Assembly (NCBI GenBank): GCA_002269645.1
Contig: NIVC01000355.1
Coordinates: 1 to 64,000 of the forward strand
From: Macrostomum lignano
Taxonomy: Eukaryota
DNA length: 64,000 nt
Reading direction: 5' to 3'
In this document: one piece after another, positions 54,401 to 64,000 of the stretch
How positions within the stretch are numbered: position 1 is the stretch's first letter
Layout: every line of letters starts with the position of its first letter
Made by a program: the position numbers and the translations under genes
Notes under the pieces: generated by a model
What the model saw: the letters and a program-made list of their open reading frames with translations, nothing else
Told to the model about the DNA's origin: nothing
Databases searched by the model: none

Positions 54401-54430
54401 CCACCCTACCCCTGGCCTGCCACACCCCAT
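51410..54430. repeat. C-rich ~18-22 bp minisatellite (ccagcctgcaccaccccacct and variants), ~3 kb
   Basis: Visible tandem array with ccctacccc variants and a recurring ccaactccggcctgttaaac interruption. All overlapping ORFs are artefacts. Confidence 0.95.
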
Positions 54431-54688
54431 CTCCAGTCTGCCCCACTTCAGCTCCACTGCTTTAAAACTCAAGTCTAAGTCCTCGTCGCTTAAAGTGGAC
54501 CCTTTAATTCCTTTTACTCACACAGATTAGATAATTTCTGTGCTGATAGTTTTAGCTATCTTACTGCTTTTTGATCAACTGGTTACAATCAGTTCATACA
54601 CTGTTCGGGACAGCTGCCCTATGCTACACAAATTAGTCAGTTAACTCTTCTAAAACTGCACGTTTTTCACCAACAACTCACATTTCAG

Positions 54689-57435
54689 ATGCAGTCTCAG
54701 CGACTCAGAGCTGAGCGAGCAGCTGCACTCAGCACTGGAGCAGCCAGGCTTCACCGAATCCCGAGCCGCATTGCAGAGCGCGGCTGCCGATGTCCTGCAG
54801 CAGATTCTGAGAAGTCGACTCAGATACGATGACTTTTTTATCGTCGGCAGCTACTCAGAAGGCTGGGGCAACAGCCTGACGACACTGGACGGCAGAACTG
54901 ACGCCAATTCCGACATTGATGTGATGATGTTGCTTCCCGGCCGAGAATACCACCAGAGAGGCCTGTGCGAGTGCGATGGAGCTCCGGAGCAGCACGAGTT
55001 GGTGAACGGGCACATTCAGTGCTCAGGATTCGGTGAGTTCTCTCTTGGGGGTGAAATGGTCTGTGAGTTCTGTTATTAGAATTATTCTGTTATTCCGCTA
55101 GAGATTCTGGCAGTGCAGACGTTTGCTTTTTGCGCGTAAGGCATTGGTGCAGAAAATATTCTGTACGCGATGGCTGAGCTCAGTAAGCAGATCTAAACAA
55201 GAGCCTGACTGTCCTGACAGTCTGGGTTGGCAAATTCCATTTATTATGCACAAGCTGTTGAAACCTGCGGATTATTAACCCGCTGAAATTCAATCTCCAC
55301 TGGAGCCCCAGAAACCAAATTTACTCAAAGCTCGTTTCACATCTATCCTAACTATTAACAAGTTTAGTTTGAGCTTGACTTCAGATTTCAGAAACTGTTT
55401 AAAGTGTTCACAGCAACTAAGCAGAGTAGGCATGCAAAACATCAGCAAAACCAATAAGCAACATATGTGAGGAGTGATAAAATATAATTTAGTATTGAAA
55501 GTGCAAATTGACAGTAGAAGTTCCTGTTTCAGAAGGTTCTCAACAAATGGTTCAACCATATCCTTGAGTTCCGTGTGCTGGGGTTGGTCTATTCTGACAA
55601 GAATGTAAGAAAACTCGACAAGATTGTTGGTGTCAAATTTGAGTAGCATTGGTAAAAGTGGAGCAACGCTATGGAGGGTTAAGTGAAATATTACGCACTT
55701 TAGCAGTTTTTGCACTTTTAGGTAAGAGGACTCAAATTAAGGGAATTCTAAGGTAGTCTGAGACCTCCGCAGTGAGTTTAGGGTGCAAAATATCGAGTCA
55801 TTTGGTTGAGCGGTTTGCGTGTCCATAGCAAAGTTTCACAACAAATTTCACATACTCAGACAGACAGGGTTCTTTCCTAATTATTCCAAACTAAAACTAA
55901 TTATTCCACTGCACAGACTCAAAGCTGCATATTGCTCAATCGGGAACCAAATCGTTTTTACAGCCTCCAATCCTGCTCATGCGACACGCGGATGCACACT
56001 GAGGCCAGCGCTGGACGATGTCTCCGCATGCCGTCTCTGCCGCTACCCGCCCATCGCGCCGCTGCTGCCAAACCGCGTCTCCAACATCCCCCATCCGGTG
56101 CTGGAGGCCCTCCGCAAGGCTCTCACCTCCGCCTCATCGCCCTGCCACGTGGTGCACGCAGCCTCTCCTGACCGAGGCGGCGAAGAGCTCCGCGTGAGCA
56201 CCAGCTTCCTGGAGAACCGGATGCTGCGAAGTCTCTCTACCCTGCAAGGTCAACTGTTTGTCACGCTGAAATACCTGGTCAAGAAGGTCATCTGTCACAA
56301 GAATGGCTTCAATCAGCAAGGCTTGAAGTCCTACCACGTGAAGACCATCACCTTCCGAATGGTGGACGACACGCCGGTCGAGCAGTGGAAGAAGGAGAAC
56401 CTCGTGAGTCTCACGAGACAGTCGCTGCAGATGCTGCTCGACTGTGTGGAGAAGAGCCGAGAGCAGGACAGACAAACACCTGACACACCTGACCGATCTC
56501 GGGGTCGCATCATGAATCATTTCTTTCTCAGCGATGCGGCCATCTACCTCAAGGGTGCGGACAAGGAGAGAGTGGACCAGCATTTGGACGGCATCATGAG
56601 CACACTGAGAACAGTAATCGATCGGCTGCCCCAACTGCTGCAGCAGTTCATCGGCAGTCTCAGACCTGTGAGCGACTCAGGCACATTCTACTTCCACCCG
56701 TTCCAAATCCTGCCGGATCTGAGTCCGATGCCACTCACAGAGTCCAGTGCTCTCGAGTACTATCAGATCTACGACGTGGTGAGAGAGTGTCTGGTGCGTC
56801 TCTCTTGCAGTGACTGCAGCCCGCGATCTCAGGAGTCGCTCACAGAGCTGATTGCCAGACTGTCAGACTGCGCCCTCTCAGCACGGGAGGCTCTCAGAGC
56901 GCTGGCTTGCCTGAAGTTCGGCTACCGAGGAACTGCAGAGAGAGTCGTGAGCTCGTGCTCAGGTCACTCGGTTAGCAGAGGCATCGCTTGGTCTCGTGAG
57001 AAGTCGGCGACTGAAGCGACTGAGGAGTTCGTGATGCGGCATCTGAGGAGCCACGACACGGCATGGAAGTTCTGCTTCAAGTTCGACCAGCGACCGAAAC
57101 TCGAATTCTTGCCAGGAGCTCTGAGGGAGTGCTTTCCCCTCCGGTTGTCGGGCAGTACTGACAATTTCTACATGAACTTCGACGCTCTGCTGTGGGCTCT
57201 GCGGCTCGAGCTGCGGACTGATGGAGAAGCGCGCGCTCAGGACTGGATCCGGGATGTGGCTGAGAGAGAGGACTCGGATGAGCAGGAGCTGCAGGTTGCC
57301 TCTTTTTATGCTTCGAATCGGGAGCAGCTTCAGGAAATATTAAAGAAGCTGAAGATGATGGAAGCAGTTCTTCCTGATGGGCTGAAGAAGAGACTGCTGG
57401 AAAAATGGCAGTTTTTAAGGGCTGTTTGGCAGTGA
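54689..57435 (+). CDS. Mab-21/cGAS-like nucleotidyltransferase (cGLR-like); exons 54689-55032 and 55964-57435, ~604 aa, 5' start not found
   Basis: Exon A: FIVGSYSEGWGNSLTTLDGRTDANSDIDVMM (hGS...DhD). Donor GTGAGT at 55033 (phase 1); acceptor TTTTTACAG at 55963 restores frame (F|ASNPAH). Exon B: LDDVSACR (third acidic residue), ELRVSTSFLENRML, LKYLVK, LKSYHVKTITF, QWKKENLVSL, MNHFFL, all Mab-21 C-lobe motifs. Confidence 0.88.
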
Positions 57436-58064
57436 AAACTGTAGGAAGTTTTTTTAGTACATAAAAACTTTTTTGGCCCAGATGATGAGCTGGTAATTAA
57501 TATATCTTATTTATGAACTCTTTTTCATCCTTAATAGCTTTAACTAAAACTGTTTTACTTGTGAGCTGGTGGTTAATTAGCTACGAGTATCTAAAGAATT
57601 CTAAAGCATTCTACTACTGAAGCCACTGAAGCCAATTATGAAGCCACTGAAAAGTTTCACTAATGAACAATAATGGCAGTGCCATTGTCGTTGAATTCGT
57701 TGGAAATTCCGATGTTTATAACAAAGTTGTCAGTTCAACCTTATTTGAGCCAGAATATGTACATAAATTTTCTCATTAATAAATTTATCCAATTCCGCTT
57801 TCGTTTGCAGTTCACTGACGGCTTTGGCTACTCAATATTCACAGTTTCAAGTCTTTTAAATATTGTTCTGTGTTAGTTTAAATGCTTGGTAATCATATAC
57901 AGAAGCTGGAGATGATGAGAGCCCATTAGAGACCTCCTGCTCATGCTCATTGTCTGCGGGACAAGTGCAAGTGAAAATGTGGCCCAGATTAGCAAGTCTT
58001 TATTCTCTCAGTCCTTGGCTCGCTGTGTCAGAGGGCGTCATGCAGGCACAAAGGCCCAAAACAG

Positions 58065-60620
<2,556 letters not shown>

Positions 60621-60660
60621 GCATAACAGGGAGGTAAAATTGTGCAGATAAGGCTATAAA

Positions 60661-60885
60661 AGAAGATCCAAAATAAAGTTATTAATAATCGCTGTAAAAA
60701 TCAAACGCAGCATTGTAGCAAAAGATTTCGTGAGACAGAGCAGCTGTTTAGCGAGCCCGAAGTCAGCCAGCCTCACACAGCGGATAGATTCTGCAGCGAT
60801 GTCGAGGACCTGCTCAGGGACAGTTCGACTTGCTTTTGCACTGCGGGCATAAAAATAGAAAATTCTTGTTTGATTCCGGATTTGC
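60661..60885 (-). repeat. Dispersed ~200 bp repeat, copy 2; minus frame reads CVRLADFGLAK (kinase subdomain VII-like)
   Basis: Homologous to 5345-5550. The DFG-like motif is intact only in this copy. Confidence 0.6.
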
Positions 60886-61129
60886 AACAGCTGTTGCAAG
60901 TTTGGTCTGGGGACAAATTAGACAATTTAATTGCATCTTGTATTCGGCGCCACACCTGCGGTTCTGTTACCCCCCCCCCATGAGGTGGAAATTCAGGAAG
61001 CGTTCAGGAGGCTCCAGGAAGCATCAACTCGTCAGAGTTTTCGGGGCGTTGAGGAATTTTTGAAGAACGGAGTGATTTCCCCGGACACAGTTCTTCTCAA
61101 AACTTCACAGATGCTATGCCTCGTATACT

Positions 61130-61513
61130 CACCGGACACAATCCCCGCCGGACAGCCCGCACTCACCGGACACAATCCCCACCGGACAGCCCGCACTCAC
61201 CGGACACAATCTCCGCCGGACAGCCCGCACTCACCGGACACAATCCCCGCCGGACAGCCCGCACTCACCGGACACAATCCCCACCGGACAGCCCGCACTC
61301 ACCGGACACAATCTCCGCCGGACAGCCCGCACTCACCGGACACAATCCCCGCCGGACAGCCCGCACTCACCGGACACAATCCCCACCGGACAGCCCGCAC
61401 TCACCGGACACAATCCCCACCGGACAGCCCGCCCTCACCGGACACAATCCCCGCCGGACAGCCCGCACTCACCGGACACAATCCCCGCCGGACAGCCCGC
61501 ACTCACCCGACAC
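61130..61513. repeat. 34 bp GC-rich minisatellite, ~11 copies
   Basis: Unit ccggacacaatccccgccggacagcccgcactca. Confidence 0.95.
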
Positions 61514-62652
61514 TCGGACGCCGCGGCCAACCGTGTCAATCAGGGTGTACCGGTCCAGATGCCGGCTAATGGAAATCCCAGACCGGTGGAATCCCCTCCT
61601 GGCCAGGCTATCCATCCGGCAGTGCTCCGGCCAGGCCAGCCGGTGCTCTCCGGACAGGGCCGGCAGTCCGTCCTTGCCGCCACCGCCGCCGGCCGCCCCG
61701 GACAGTCGAGCCCAGTCGCGGCTGCCGATGTAGCTTGGCCGGCCGCCGGCCGAGGAGGCGGCGAGTTTCGGCTCGGTTCTCGACCGAGTCATGAAGCTGA
61801 ACGGGGCGGGTACCTCGACTGCTCGGCAGCTGGTTCGACGGCCAGGAGGTCGTCCGGCGCCGTGGGGTCAGTATCGTCACCCGACGCTTTCCGGAGGCTT
61901 TCGCGGGCGCTGCTGCGTCGGCTCCGGCCGAGCCGTGTCGCTGGTCGATGGCCAGCAGCAGGGCGGGGCTGCGGCTGGAGCTGCCGCCGGGTGTGCAGAT
62001 GACGTTGTCGCGTCCGGGCACGAACTCTCTGTGGGTTGGGGAGTTCGGCAGCTTGTTGCAGTGCTGGGATGTGGGGTGTGGGAGCTTTAGTTCGTCTGTT
62101 TGTTTTGTTGTGGTTGCTGCCCGGTTGACTATGAGAGAGCGGACGGGTATGTGAGGATAGGTAGATAGACAGGTAGATCGACAGGTAGATAGACAGGTAG
62201 ACAGACAGGTAGATAGACAGGTAGAGAGACAGGTAGAGAGATAGGTAGACAGACAGGTAGATGTTTAAACGGGATATACAGATAGGTGAACGGACAAGTA
62301 GGTGGACAGGTAGGCACAGCAGGAGAGAACGGCGTAGTGAAAATGTTGATGGAGGTGAGGCACCGGGATGCAGGCAAGATCGAAATCAGAAACAAAAATA
62401 TAACACCAGATTCATCCTAATCTCAAAAAAGATTCTGCAACATCTGTTATCTAAGAAATCATCTTTGCCACACAGATAAACCGTTTACTCAACTGAGATA
62501 TGAAGGGTAAATGGCAAGACCTATATTGTATCAGACAAAGCCCAGATGTTAATATTGTGAATCGATTTTTACACGTAACTCTGGCAATCGTTAAAGGTGT
62601 GGTACGTAAGGTACCAAATAACTTCTGTGTTAAGTGAATTTATGAGCTCAGC

Positions 62653-64000
62653 TCAATACAATTTGGTGACAAAAAACCGACTAGAATTTGTTAGAACATT
62701 CGCAACTCGATTATAAAAGTGCTTGATGTACTTTTCTCCTGTTTCAAGCCGATTCAGGCCATAGACTATCTGTCTAGCCCGCCTGTTAGCTGGCTCAGTA
62801 TCAACTGGCTGAATTTTCGGCAGATTTAGCAGCATCTTTAGAATCCGATGATCGTCTAGGAGGCTGTGAAATTCGATTCCAGTTTCAGTTAAAAAATTGG
62901 ACTCAAGACCCACCACCCCATTTTCTCCACTCCAGACCCACCACCAAATTTTCTCCAACCCAGACCCACCACCCATTTTCGTCACCCCAGACCCCACCAT
63001 CCCATTTTCCACTCCAGACCCACCACCCCATTTTCTGCACCCACACCCAGCACCCCATTTTCTGCACTCCAGACCCACCACCCCATTTTCTCCACTCCAG
63101 ACCCACCACCCATTTTCTGCACTCCAGACCCACCACCCCATTTTCTCCAACCCAGACCCACCACCCCATTTTCGTCATCCCAGACCCCACCATCCCATTT
63201 TCCACTCCAGACCCACCACCCCATTTTCTCCACTCCAGACCCACCACCCATTTTCTGCACTCCAGACCCACCACCCCATTTTCTCCAACCCAGACCCACC
63301 ACCCCATTTTCGTCATCCCAGACCCCACCATCCCATTTTCCACTCCAGACCCACCACCCCATTTTCTGCACTCCAGACCCACTACTTTGTCTTCACCCTA
63401 GACCCACCAGCCCATTTTCTTCTCTCCAGACCGACCACCCCATTTTTCCGACAGCCACTGTTACTTACTCGTACAATCCAGTGTGCTGCGGCAGCAGCGG
63501 CTGTCGTCCACTCTGCTGACTCAACCGGCCTCCTTTGTCCAAGCGACTGTCAACTAAGAGCACATCGGGCAGCTGCTGCAGTGGAGACTTAAATGTAAGA
63601 AAGGGAAGAAGTACTGCAAATTTTATCTTTTTTACTTCAAAATTCACACCTATCTACTATTAGTATTCTAGGTGATAAGAATTTACCAGACACTGGAAAT
63701 TAAAACTCAAATTCACTCAGACTCATTCACAGACTGGTCACACCTTGATGCTCACCTGTCTCCAAGTGCCAGTGCTGCTACTTCTGCTATCAGTTCTGAT
63801 GTCGCTCCGTCCACTGTGATTGGCTGATCGATTTGTCCTCACTGATGCCGTGATTGGCCGGGCTCTGAGTTCCACGGTGACGCTGCCGCTGTCGGGCGCT
63901 CCTTCGGCGCCACGGCTGCCACCTGCGCTGCCACTGCCGCTGCCGCTGCCGCTGCTGCTGCCGCTGCTGTCGCTGCGCTGTTGCTGCTCTTCGCTGAGCA
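62653..64000 (-). CDS. 3' part of an unidentified spliced gene; exons <64000-63756, 63587-63469, 62863-62653
   Basis: Donors GTGAGC and GTAAGT, acceptors TTTAAG and TTTCACAG. Phases 0 and 2 join without stops: Ser/Gly-rich...TWRQ|SPLQQLPDVLL...GLYD|LLDDHRILKMLLNLPKIQ...VTKLY*. No recognisable domain. Confidence 0.5.
62905..63450. repeat. ~26-28 bp C-rich minisatellite lying in a predicted intron
   Basis: ctccagacccaccaccccattttct(c/g)ca and variants. Confidence 0.9.

Noticed and set aside
51233-54472. Pro/His-rich or Gly/Trp-rich proteins
   Set aside because: Minisatellite translations in all frames.
55819-55963. N-terminal 48 aa of the 538 aa ORF
   Set aside because: Intronic; AT-rich and upstream of the acceptor that joins the catalytic exon in frame.

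Overview
Eukaryotic (invertebrate-like, possibly flatworm; taxon is inference) repeat-dense 64 kb window with GT-AG introns and no prokaryotic features. Most ORFs in the supplied track are translation artefacts of satellites. Supported protein-coding content: an ankyrin-repeat gene (5960-6658), an intact Crypton-type tyrosine recombinase (7806-9167), a spliced Mab-21/cGAS-like nucleotidyltransferase (cGLR; 54689-57435), and the last three exons of an unidentified minus-strand gene (62653-64000). Mobile DNA: a decayed RTE-type LINE, Crypton derivatives with palindromic end motifs, MITEs, and a Penelope-like retroelement with a minimal hammerhead ribozyme and an unusual domain order. About 35 kb (12.3-47.5 kb) reads as a same-orientation chain of non-autonomous Helitron-like elements, repeatedly joined CTAG|TC head-to-tail, whose interiors have expanded into large satellites.
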